DNA from: Mobula hypostoma
Taxonomy: Eukaryota
Assembly: GCF_963921235.1 (NCBI RefSeq)
Contig: NC_086097.1
Span: 191,892,001 to 191,956,000 of the forward strand
DNA length: 64,000 nucleotides
Reading direction: 5' to 3'
Shown here: piece by piece, positions 39,481-49,601 of the stretch
Numbering within the stretch: the first letter of the stretch is position 1
How the letters are laid out: each line of letters starts with the position of its first letter
The notes under the pieces: model-generated
What the model was told of the DNA's origin: nothing
Seen by the model: only the letters and a program-made list of their open reading frames with translations
The model's database searches: none
Program-made: the position numbers and the translations under genes

Positions 39481-41177
39481 CTACTTTCATTTCATCGCCA
39501 AAATTTAAGCACTTCCTATCCTGAGGTCCCTGGCATACAATGCTAGAATACACAGAACTACCAAATTCATGCTTAAACACCTATGATTTCACCACTTAAA
39601 TATTCACAATCTTTACCACAGGCATATCTTCTTTATGTTCACATTTTCCAGATGTTGAAATATTATTTCTTCCGCAAATACAATATCTGTCTTCTAGTTT
39701 ATGGAATAGCAATTGAATGTAGGAAAAGCCTTCAGAATACACAAAGTACCCTGATCTATTCATTTTTGTGAAACAGCCCCTAGATGGCTCTGCAGAAAGT
39801 CCATGAATTAGGATAAGAGCAGCATACATTTAAGTAGAACAGTAAAAGCAGAAAGTGCGGTGGAGAGCTGTGGAAGGAAATAACAGTGGTGTTTGGTGGA
39901 TATACCCTAACTTGCCTGTTCTTCATATCGCACTTTCCTTCTTCGTGACTCTTGCTTCTTTAGAAATTGGAAATAAATTATTGGAATTTTAAGTTTTAAT
40001 ATTTTTCCCAGAAATTATTGCCAGAATTCGCACGTTTTTCCGGTCTACTTTATAATGTAAAATCTACAGTATATATAGTTCCATCTAGTTGCCTTAATTC
40101 TGTAGCTTTTAATATCCTTGTATAACAAAAATCCAAGAATTTGCTTTCCAATGCCTGAATTGACATAATGTTAGAAAAATGGGAAATTGGCTGACTACGA
40201 TGGATATCTTGGTTGGTATGGAAGAATTCAGTAGGAGAGTTTGTTTTAATGCTAAGTTACTCAATAAACTTAAGACTCAATCATCTTGTGCAGGAAATTG
40301 GATTGTTCTATTTGGCAAAAAAGTAGACATGGAGTGGTTGGCCAGAAGACTTGGTGTTGTACTTCGTGACTCTATGACTCTAAAAAAGGGACAAAATAAT
40401 GGTAATTTGAAACTAGAAGTATCTGGTTAAGTGAGATTAGCACAGAACATCTTTATCTGTAGTTTATGGTTTACAATGTACTCCAAATAAGACAGGAAAT
40501 TATATAGCAGTATGTACTGTAAAGGGTATATTTCACTAATATTAAGCAGCTTGATCAGCAACAGTAGAATGTTTTTGTGTTCTTTGATCAACTTGGTTAT
40601 TTTCTCTTTTTGTGCAGTCCTCACTGGATTATTTAGACAAGTTTGTGTCAGCCATTGTTAATTGGTTATGACCCAGTGTAACATTACATGGGCTTCTATT
40701 CCTTCTGTGGGTTGGGACCTGGCTTCCATTCAATAGTACCAATTCAATAGGTTAAAAACTCAGGGAATCAATATTTCAATTGTCTTGCTCAAAGTATCTG
40801 AGTGTTAATTTTCAATGCTGGTGCAAAATATCAAATATCCTACACCTTTTATTCCCTAGAATCTAATTTTCGGTTTACCACAATATCAAGCAATGTATTT
40901 TAAAGGACAAATAACTTTAATTGGTGCTTGAAAGACTGAAAATAAAACAAAAATTAAATGTAAAAGTGTGTTCAAACAATTAGAAATACTACTAAAAAGT
41001 TCTGCTACAATTGATGAAATTCACACTCAGAATTCATATGTTCTTATTCCATGGGCAACCTTGTTATCAAATATAAATAGACCTTTATTGTAAGGACACT
41101 TTTTTCTTGCTTTGAAGGTACAAGTCCAATCTGGTAAAAGTACTTGAAATGGGTTGTAAGTGGCATGCCTAAACAAC

Positions 41178-41285
41178 CGTAAGGGGTTTCTTTCTTTTAT
41201 GTTACTGCAAAGGCTCATAAAATGGCTTCTTTGTTATGTTAGAATAAAAATGGCTTTTCTGTAATAATAACTGCGATGTAAGGAG

Positions 41286-41316
<31 letters not shown>

Positions 41317-41821
41317 CCTCTCTCTGCGCTTGTTTGGGTTATATTATTGATAACAGAGAGAACGAACTAATGAGTGTCCATGTTATTATTTTTGTGGGTG
41401 ATATTCTGCCTCTTAAGGGTGGGAACCATGTGGTTTGGTGGGCTTTGTGGGAGGACACCCAAAGAGGAAGGACGTGCTGGATGCGCTCTGGTCGATCACC
41501 GTGGTTGGTCCTGGAGGGGATCACATGGTGGAAAGAGGAACCTGTTAATTGTGCTCCAACAGTTGTGTATGAAGTGGTTGAACTCTGATAAGTCTGGTGC
41601 CTTTTACTTTCCCTTTTATATTGTATCTCTACTAATTACATAGTTTGAGTAAGATTTATAAAGAGTAATCTGAAAATCGTACATTGTGTGGTGTCTGATA
41701 TTTGATGTGTGAGTTTGTACCAGGTGGCATTACACAGCAACAACGCAACTGTGAGACATGGTTTGGCGGGCGGATGGGGTTTCCCCTAGATAAACACGAG
41801 CTGATAGACCTGAGCATTACA
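41178..41821 (+). repeat. 5' LTR (644 bp, with an expanded (CT)n tract)
   Basis: (C)GTAAGGGGTTTC...GAGCATTACA, colinear with 44354-44969. Confidence 0.95.
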
Positions 41822-41825
41822 TTTG

Positions 41826-41843
41826 TGGGGGCTCATCTAGGAT
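41826..41843 (+). promoter_or_regulatory. Primer-binding site, tRNA-Pro type
   Basis: TGGGGGCTCATCTAGGAT versus the canonical tRNA-Pro PBS TGGGGGCTCGTCCGGGAT; 3 transitions, all at CpG positions. Confidence 0.85.
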
Positions 41844-41867
41844 TGGATTCAGTGGTGTGATGTGTGA

Positions 41868-42676
41868 TTGCCCCGTTTAAATCAGTGCTGCTGTGTCTCT
41901 GTGGGATTGCTGTTAGTAATGTGTGTCTCTGTGGGATTGTTGGTTATTAATGCATGCGTGTTGGATGGGGTGGCTGTTGGTACCCTGGAGGTCTTTGTTC
42001 AAGTTCAGACTAGCTCTGATGAGAAGGCGGTGGGGCTGCCAGTGTCTATTAGTGCCCCGGGTGAGGCAGGACCATGACTGTCCATACTGTTAGGAGAGAG
42101 AGGAAAGAGTGGTCTGATTCGGAGGTAGTGTCTGCAAATAAATGTTCCAGCTATGGCAGGCTCTGCCTGGCTTTTGGGATATTGTCCACTCCTAAAGGGG
42201 TGGAGGTGTGCGAGATGTGGGCGGAGCGGATCTCTCAGTTGTTAGATGAGTGGCAGTGCTCAGTTGAGGGAGAGCGACAGGGATTGGTTGAAAGTTTGAG
42301 TAGGCGGGCTGTTGACGGTCTTAGAACTGTCAGGGTTAATTACCCCGTAGTGACAGCTGCTAGTTATCTGAAAGCGGGGGAAAATGTGTCTGGTACGACT
42401 GGAAGTAAAATGCAGCACCTGTGGGGGCTTTCCATACCTGTGTCAGGAGATTGGGGAAAAGCTTTCTGGCTAGGGAAGCAGCTAAATTGCTTGCTGTGCC
42501 AGGGCGATCTTTTAAGGGGAGTATCCCCTCCCTCAGTTGTTCAGCTGATCAGAGAGGTGTTGGGAAACTTAGTGGAGGCCCAGTGGGGGAACGGCTTGGG
42601 GTCTCTGGGGGAGCATGTTCCCAGCAATGCACCAAAGAACTTCCGAAAGGAAAAGACCCTGTTCCTGAAGGCTTAG
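41868..42676 (+). pseudogene. PNMA-like Gypsy gag remnant
   Basis: YGRLCLAFG...[24 protein letters not shown]...LVESL...[10 protein letters not shown] follows the PNMA/Gypsy capsid pattern. Confidence 0.75.
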
Positions 42677-42921
42677 AGGGACCACACCCCAGTGTGTCGT
42701 TACGGATAGATGGAAGCTATGCTAAAGCCAACCTCGACACTGGGGCACAGGTCAAGTTGTTGTACAGTTCGTTTTACAACCGGTTTCTGAAGCATTTACC
42801 CTCGACAACATTAAGGGCACTGGAGATTTGGGGTACCAGTGCCAGTGATTATCCAGTAGACGATTATTGGTCAGTGAAACTGGAGTTCATGGGGGCATTG
42901 GCTGTGCATCCAGTGCTTTGA
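42660..42921 (+). pseudogene. Retropepsin protease remnant
   Basis: [22 protein letters not shown] (DTG catalytic motif). Confidence 0.85.
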
Positions 42922-43129
42922 GCTGCTTGTTGTGAGGTCGTGTGTAGCAGCCTTGGGCCGGTACCGAATTTAAATGAGAGCCGATTGTGGTATGGCCTGG
43001 GGGAAGTAGCTGAGGGTGAGAACCTCTTAGTAGATGCTCTGAAATACCACAAGGGAGGGGAGTTGACCGCTGAAGACACCTCGGTGAGAGAGAGGTCGCG
43101 GCGACTGGACCCTGTAGCCGTGGAAGACG

Positions 43130-43470
43130 TAGGCAGTATGTTTGTGGATTATAGGACTCTGAACAGGCGCACTGTCATTGACCAGAATACAGCCCTGAGC
43201 GCCAAAGATGCTATGGTCTGTATGTGTGGTGCGATGTGGTTTAACGTGCTGGATCTGAGGCGTGGATGTTGCCAGAACCACCGACAAGGAGAAGACGGCC
43301 GTTATAGGTTCCCTAGGATTCTTCCGATCTGAAAAGATGCCACAGGGCATATCCGGAGCCCCTGCATGAGGAAGGTCATGGGGGATGTGGAGGTGTTTGG
43401 AGTTTTGGCGTATGTGGCTGATCGCCTAGGGTTTGGACTCGCCTTGGGGGACTATGATGTGAGGCGAATG
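43130..43470 (+). pseudogene. Gypsy RT remnant with a destroyed catalytic motif
   Basis: [38 protein letters not shown] at the YLDD position. Confidence 0.85.
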
Positions 43471-43848
43471 CTGGAGCCTGGGACAACATTTGAAGACTTG
43501 GATCTCACGTTCGTCAAAGTGGAGACGGGGAAACGGATTTCCAAACTGAAACTGCAGTCATGTACTGATGAATTAATCCAGAGAGACGAAACAATGACCA
43601 ACCTTCAAAAGGATCAGCAGAAACTCAAGAAATCGATCCAGAACAGATTGGAAGAAGCTGGTGGTGTAATTGCATCCCAGATGGAGATGGACACGAAACG
43701 GGAGTCAGAACTATTGAGACTGGGGCAAGAGTTGGAGGAGTCGGAGAAGAAGCTGACGTCTCGACTGCAGGAGGCTGAAGAGGCTGCAGAGGCAGCCCAG
43801 GCTAAGTGCTTCAGTTTGGAGAAAATCAAACAGCAGCTACCGTTCGAG
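43471..43848 (+). pseudogene. Captured sarcomeric myosin heavy chain rod fragments (three joined segments, MYH16-like by eye)
   Basis: EDLDLTFVKVE...DETMTNLQKD, RLEEAGGVIASQMEMDTKRESELLRL and [37 protein letters not shown] parallel myosin II [33 protein letters not shown] and [37 protein letters not shown]. Confidence 0.9.
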
Positions 43849-44343
43849 GGAATGAGGAAGGATACGGATTCGAAAGATGATGTGTGGGATGTGTGGTACA
43901 TGTTGCCTTTCGCTAACCCCCTTGTTGGATGAAGAGACTTTTGGCCCTTTTCCCACTGAGTCAGGTGTAGTAGGGAGGGCTATCTCTGGGCAGCCTGGGA
44001 TACTGCTGGCCTTGGAGGGAGAGAGGATGGAACCAGGACCCGAGACAGAGGACTCTAAGTTGTCGAGGGGTCCCAGTGAGGGAGCGGGCGAGGGTTCGAC
44101 AGGTAGACCCGGGGTGTCTCCAGTGGTGTCTGAGCTGGAAGGGTCTCCAGAGGAGGTACGGAGGTCTCAGAGAAGTAGGAACCCCCCAGAGAGGTTGACC
44201 GATGTAGCGCCAGGAGAACAAAGTGTGATCTCTACTGCCCTGGGAAGTTATGTCACTGCTTTATGCACCTGGGTTGGGTTTTGTGTTTTGCAAGGAGGAT
44301 TAGTGAACTCCTTTAATGTCATGAGGACATGACTTTCTTTTGT

Positions 44344-44353
44344 AGGAGGAGAG
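44344..44353 (+). promoter_or_regulatory. Polypurine tract
   Basis: AGGAGGAGAG immediately before the 3' LTR. Confidence 0.85.
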
Positions 44354-44969
44354 TGTAAGGGGTTTCTTCTTTTATGTTACTGCGAAGGCTCATAAAATGG
44401 CTTCTTTGTTATGTTAGAATAAAAATGGCTTTCTGTAATAATAACTGTGATGTACAGAATGCTCTCTCTCTCCCTGTTTGTTTGGGTTATATTATTGATA
44501 AGAGAGAGAACGAACCAATGAGTGTCCATGTTATTCTTTTTGTGGGTGATATTCTGCCTCTTAAGAGTGGGAACCATGTGGTTTGGTGGGCTTTGTGGGA
44601 GGACACCCAAAGAGGAAGGACGTGCTGGACGCGCTCTGGTCGATCACCGTGGTTGGTCCCGGAGGGGATCACATGGTGGAAAGAAGAACCTGTTAATTGA
44701 ACTCCAACTGTTGTGTATGAAGTGGTTGAACTCTGATAAGTCTGGGGCCTTTTACTTTCCCTTTAATATTGTATCTCTATTAATTACATAGTTCGAGTAA
44801 GATTTAAAAAGTGTAGTCTGTAAATCGTACATTGTGTGCTGTCTGATATTTGATGTGCGAGTTTGTACCAGGTGGCATTACACAGCAACGATGCAACCAT
44901 GAGACACAGTTTGGCAGGTGGACAGGGTTTCCCCTAGATAAACACGAGCCAATAGACCTGAGCATTACA
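44354..44969 (+). repeat. 3' LTR (616 bp)
   Basis: TGTAAGGGG...GAGCATTACA; TGTAA/TTACA terminal inverted repeat. Confidence 0.95.
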
Positions 44970-45334
44970 AAACTAATTGCAATTACACCTCATTCAGGCC
45001 ACAACACCTGATGAATCTTTTCCATCCCATCTCATTTTGAAGAATAAAATATTTATTTCTCAATGGGAAATGAAGGGAAATGAAACTGAACTCGATTAGA
45101 TTCTCCATGTTTCTCGACTGCTATGGGCTCAGTGCCATCAGCTTGCTGCAGCAAAAAGAACCAATCACGGAGATCTTACATATGTGTCTATAAGTAATTA
45201 ACACATGCTGGTAAAAAGCTTAATGAAGTCTTTCTTGTACTGTAAAAAAAATGTGACAAATTATATTCGGAAGAAAGCAAAATAATATAGATGATCTAAG
45301 TTGAAACCTAAAAAAGCTAGAAATACAACCAAAG

Positions 45335-46435
45335 GCCATAAGACCATAAGACATAGGAATAGAATTAGGCCATTCAGCCCATCGAGTCCGCTCTGCCATT
45401 TCATCATGGCTGATCCCGGATCCTATTCAATCCCATACACCTACCCTCTCATTATATCCCTTGATACCCAGACCGATCAGGAATCCATCAACTTCTGCCT
45501 AAAATATACCCAAGGACTTGGCTTCCACCACAATCTGTGGCAGAGCATTCCACAGATTCACCACGCTTTGGCTAAAAAAATTCCTCCTTACTTCTGTTCT
45601 AAAAGGTTACCCTTCAGTTTTGTGGCTGTGCACTTTAGTTCTGGTAACCCCCTTGAGAAGCAACATCCTCTCTACACCCTCCTTTAACATTCGGTAGGTT
45701 TCATTGAGATCCCCATGCATTCCTCTAAATTCCATTGAGTACAGACTCAAAGCTGCCAAACGCTCCTGATATGTTAACCCCTTCAATCCCTGAATAATGT
45801 TTGTGTACCTCCTCTGGACTCTCTCCAGTGACAATACGTCCCTTCTGAGATAAGGGGCCCAAAACTGTTGACAACACTTCAAGTGCGGCCTGACTGGTGT
45901 CTTATAAAGCATAAGCATTATCTCCTTGTTTTTATATTCTATTCTGCTTGAAATAAATGCCAACATTGTATTTGCCTTCTTTACCACAGGACACCTGAAG
46001 TCCCTTTGCACCTCTGATGTTTGAATTTTCTCCCCATTTAGGTAATAATCTGCACTATTGTACCTTTTACCAAAATGCATTATCATACATTTCCCAACAC
46101 TGTATTCCATCTGCCACTTTTTTGTCCATTCTTCCACTTTGTCTAAGACTTGCTGCAATTGCATTGATTCCTCAGCACAATCTACCCACCCACCTATCAA
46201 AGCCATCAATTCCATTATCTAAATCACCGGCAAACACTGTGAAAGGTAGCAACCCCAATACTGAATACCACTAGACACTGGCAGCCAATCAGGAAAGGCC
46301 TCCTTTATTTCCACTCACTGCCTCCTGCCTGTCAGTCTTTCCTCCATCCATGCCTGTGACGTCATAGGATTTTATCTTGTTAAGCAGCCTCATGTGAGGC
46401 ACCTTATCAAATGCCTTCTGAAAATCTAAGTAAAT
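45335..46435 (-). mobile_element. CR1 RT/3' fragment
   Basis: ORF 45607-46215; tail (CTTATGGT)n. Confidence 0.9.
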
Positions 46436-46669
46436 CTATGAGGTATCCTGCTTTCTGGATGGCTCCCCGGCTCCAGTTCCTTGACCTTGTCAGTCAGGAG
46501 CAGAAGTTGGGTGCACTTCCTGCAGATGTAGTCATCAGGGAGACCATTAGGTACCCTGAAATTCCACATCTCATAGGACAGCATTCCATTGCTTGAACTA
46601 CAACTCTGCCCACACTTGTTATACCTCTAACTTGTTAAGCTCAAATTCTAGCCTTTGACTGGTCTTGAA

Positions 46670-47742
46670 TAATTCAATTCAATTCAAGTTTAATTGTCTT
46701 TCAACCATACATGAGTACTCATGAATACAGCCAAACAGGACAGTGTTACTATAGGGTCAAGATGCTAAAACAGAGTACCAACAGTCATGCACAAGAACAC
46801 ATTCATGGAATAAAAGCCCACACCCCCCATGAGACTTGGCTTGATGCCCAGCCCTCACACACACAAGTCAACAAACCCACATAGAATATGCATGTATACA
46901 GTTCAGAACCCTCCAGCCCTCCAATATGATCTGTTGGTCCACCCTGATGCCTCTATGCCTATTAGGCGATGCTGTGGCTTAGCGACCCAGTCCTCGCATA
47001 AACAATCACATAAAGAATATTAGTAAAAGCACAACCAGACAAATATATATGTATGTTGTCCAGGCCCCTCAGCTCAATTGAAATTTTCAGTCAACCTCAG
47101 AAGTGTTGCAATGCCCTGATAGGGTGTGCTGGCTCAGACACCTCTCCCCTGACGGCTGAAAAACAAGCGACCCTGCTGCTTGAGGCCCGAGTCCATCAAG
47201 TGTCGCCTGCAGTCAACCAGAATTGAACTTGTCTTCAGCCGAGCAAAACCCCGGGAGGGCAGCGTCGACTCCATTCTGGGCGTCACACCACACCACCTGT
47301 GGTGGAGCACAACAGCTTTGCCTCCTCACTCTGGCGGCTGCAAACCAGTCACATCATGGCTTCAGGCATGGTCCTCACTACAAGCAAGGCCAGGGAGCTC
47401 TACATGTCATCTACCTCTGCTCTCATCCAATAAATCAGCAAGTCGAACTTGCAGCATACCAGATTAACAATGTCCAAAAGGGCCTTGTGATCACAAGAAA
47501 AGCGTCCATAATGGCTACTCGCTATTTGACTGGCAGCCTCCATCAACTCAGGCAGCAGCATGTTGCGCAGCTCCTTCATTATCTCTGCCAGCGAGCAACT
47601 CGCTGATGGTATAAACCTGCAAAACCTTTAAGTTCTTAGTGTATAGCAGGATATTGTGATCATTAGAAGTATGTTTAAGTAGAACAGTTGTACCTTTTGT
47701 TGACCCCATAGAAGTCACTGCGACCAGTCATGCCACCATCTT
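46670..47742 (-). mobile_element. Non-coding retroposon-like repeat with an (AATTC)n tail
   Basis: Tail AATTCAATTCAATTCAAGTTTAATTGTC; 5' part related to the short piece at about 7275-7380; minus strand starts CAAGATGGTGGC. Confidence 0.4.
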
Positions 47743-48389
47743 GCTAGAAGCCTGTTGAGACAAAGCCTGAAAACACTGTCCACTTACACAAAGGCAGCTA
47801 CGCTTACAAGCTGCTTTTTTTTATTGGCCCCTGTTCATTGTGATTGCAGCCCACCGTAAAGTTCCAAAAGATATCAAGCTCTTTTTAAACCTGGTGTGTA
47901 AATTCCACAAAGAACTGCTTCCAACTCACTCCACAATCTTCTCGGTCCACAGACTTAGTGGTCAAACTGATCATCTTTCATCAAACATTTTATGGACTAT
48001 AATGATACAGAGCTAAATTCTCACAATTCGGCAACATCTTCTCTGGAAATGTGGACTAGGTTGGACCTTCTGGAGCACAGCTACATTCATTTGAATGGAA
48101 AAAAATGGCTGCTAGAGAGAAAGCTGAAATTTGGATAATTTAGTTATTTTTAATTAATTGAGCTAACTTAAGGTTCAAAGGTTCAAATCTTCATTTATTA
48201 TCAAAGCATCTATCCACATGCTACTTTGAAATTTGTGTAGGTGTTTCTTAAGTATTTTTAGTGGATTAAAGTATCATTCTGATCATATTTAATTTGTTTA
48301 GTAGATTACTGAGTGCACCATGTTGAAGCTGGCTTTGTCTAGGTGATTACAGCTGGATAAGCAGCTAAAGGTAATTGGTGACTTAGTGA

Positions 48390-49380
48390 ATTGAATTGGA
48401 ATTGGAAATAGAATTGGTTCATGGTTGTCTGATACAACAAGATAATGAGAAGCAACACACATCAAAGTTGCTGGTGAACGCAGCAGGCCAAGCAGCATCT
48501 ATAGGAAGAGGCGCAGTCGACGTTTCAGGCCGAGACCCTTCGTCAGTCCTATAGATGCTGCTTGGCCTGCTGCGTTCACCAGCAACTTTGATGTGTGTTG
48601 CTTGAATTTCCAGCATCTGCAGAATTCCTGTTGTTTGAAGATGATGAAAACTTGTTTTGCATCCTAATCAGATCATTACACAATGAATTGAGGTAGAACG
48701 AAGTAAAACAATAACAGGCTGCAGAATAAAGTATAACAGAGTAACACACATAAATGCTGGAGGAACTCAGCAGGTCAGGCAACATCTATGGAGTGGAATA
48801 AAAAGCTGACTTAATAGACACAGGAAAAATGCAGTGCAGGCAAACAATAAGTTGCAAGATTATAATGAAGTAGGTTGTGAAGTCAAGAATCCATTTTATC
48901 ATACCAGGGAACCACTTAATAGTCTTATAACAGTAGGGTAGTAGCTATCCTTGAACCTGGTGGTATGTGCTTTCAAGCTTCTGTATCTTCTGCTTGGTGG
49001 AAGAGAGGGGAAAGAGAGAATGTTCAGGGTGGTAGGGTCTTTGATTATGTTGGCTGTTTTACTAAGGCAGAAAGAAGTATTGATCGAGTCCATGGACAGG
49101 AGGCTGGTTTCTGTTGGGTTTTGTGCGTGAGTGTACTGGGAGTACAAGGGCACTGAGTATGTAACATTGTGGACCACCAGTATGGTGGAGGTGTTGCTGT
49201 CTATTTTTACTGATTGCAAGTTTTTGGTCAGGGTGTCAAGGGTCCATTTGCAGGGGAAAGCATAGACCCCCCCAGGTTCTTGATTTTGGTGATGAGTTTG
49301 CTTGAAATTATTGTATTGAAGGTGAAGTAGTAGTCAATTAACAATTGTCTGATGTATGTGTTTTTACTGGTTATGGTGGG
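48390..49380 (-). mobile_element. Rex1/Babar-like remnant with nested PLE terminal repeats
   Basis: ANIIKDPT...LPPSRRYRSLKAHTTRFKDSYYPTVIRLL (48899-49219). Confidence 0.75.
48450..48637 (-). mobile_element. PLE-derived fold-back mini-element: 57-bp perfect inverted repeat with a hammerhead core in the loop
   Basis: 48450-48506 is the exact reverse complement of 48547-48603; loop on the minus strand reads CTGACGA-AGG GTCTCGG CCT-GAAACGTC-GACT. Confidence 0.9.
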
Positions 49381-49601
49381 TGGGCACTGATCACAGATAC
49401 CTCATACTGCTAGGAAATTCCAGACCATTGACATTGATTGCAATGGATAGTGAAGAACATTGTTTCTAACTCTGGGTAACAATCAATTAATTACCTACAA
49501 GAGTTTATCTGATAGTACACACACAGCCAACAGTCTGTGTATGTTATCACTATCCCCTACACTAGACTTGTCACTACACCAGAAGCTGGAACATGAGCGG
49601 A

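Larger units (their letters stand above)
41178..44969 (+). mobile_element. Non-autonomous Gypsy LTR retrotransposon (PNMA-like gag) carrying myosin heavy chain sequence
   Basis: Two direct LTRs, PBS, PPT, gag/PR/RT remnants, only 2.5 kb internal; imperfect 4-bp TSD CAAC/AAAC. Confidence 0.95.

Noticed and set aside
40427..40624. Hydrophobic 65-aa ORF
   Set aside because: AT-rich chance ORF with no recognisable homology
41334..41643. Duplicated ORFs also at 44374-44791
   Set aside because: They fall inside the two LTRs and show no protein homology
43366..43932. A genuine host myosin gene exon
   Set aside because: Lies between two LTRs, fused to RT, joins non-adjacent rod segments, and no other myosin exons are visible in the window
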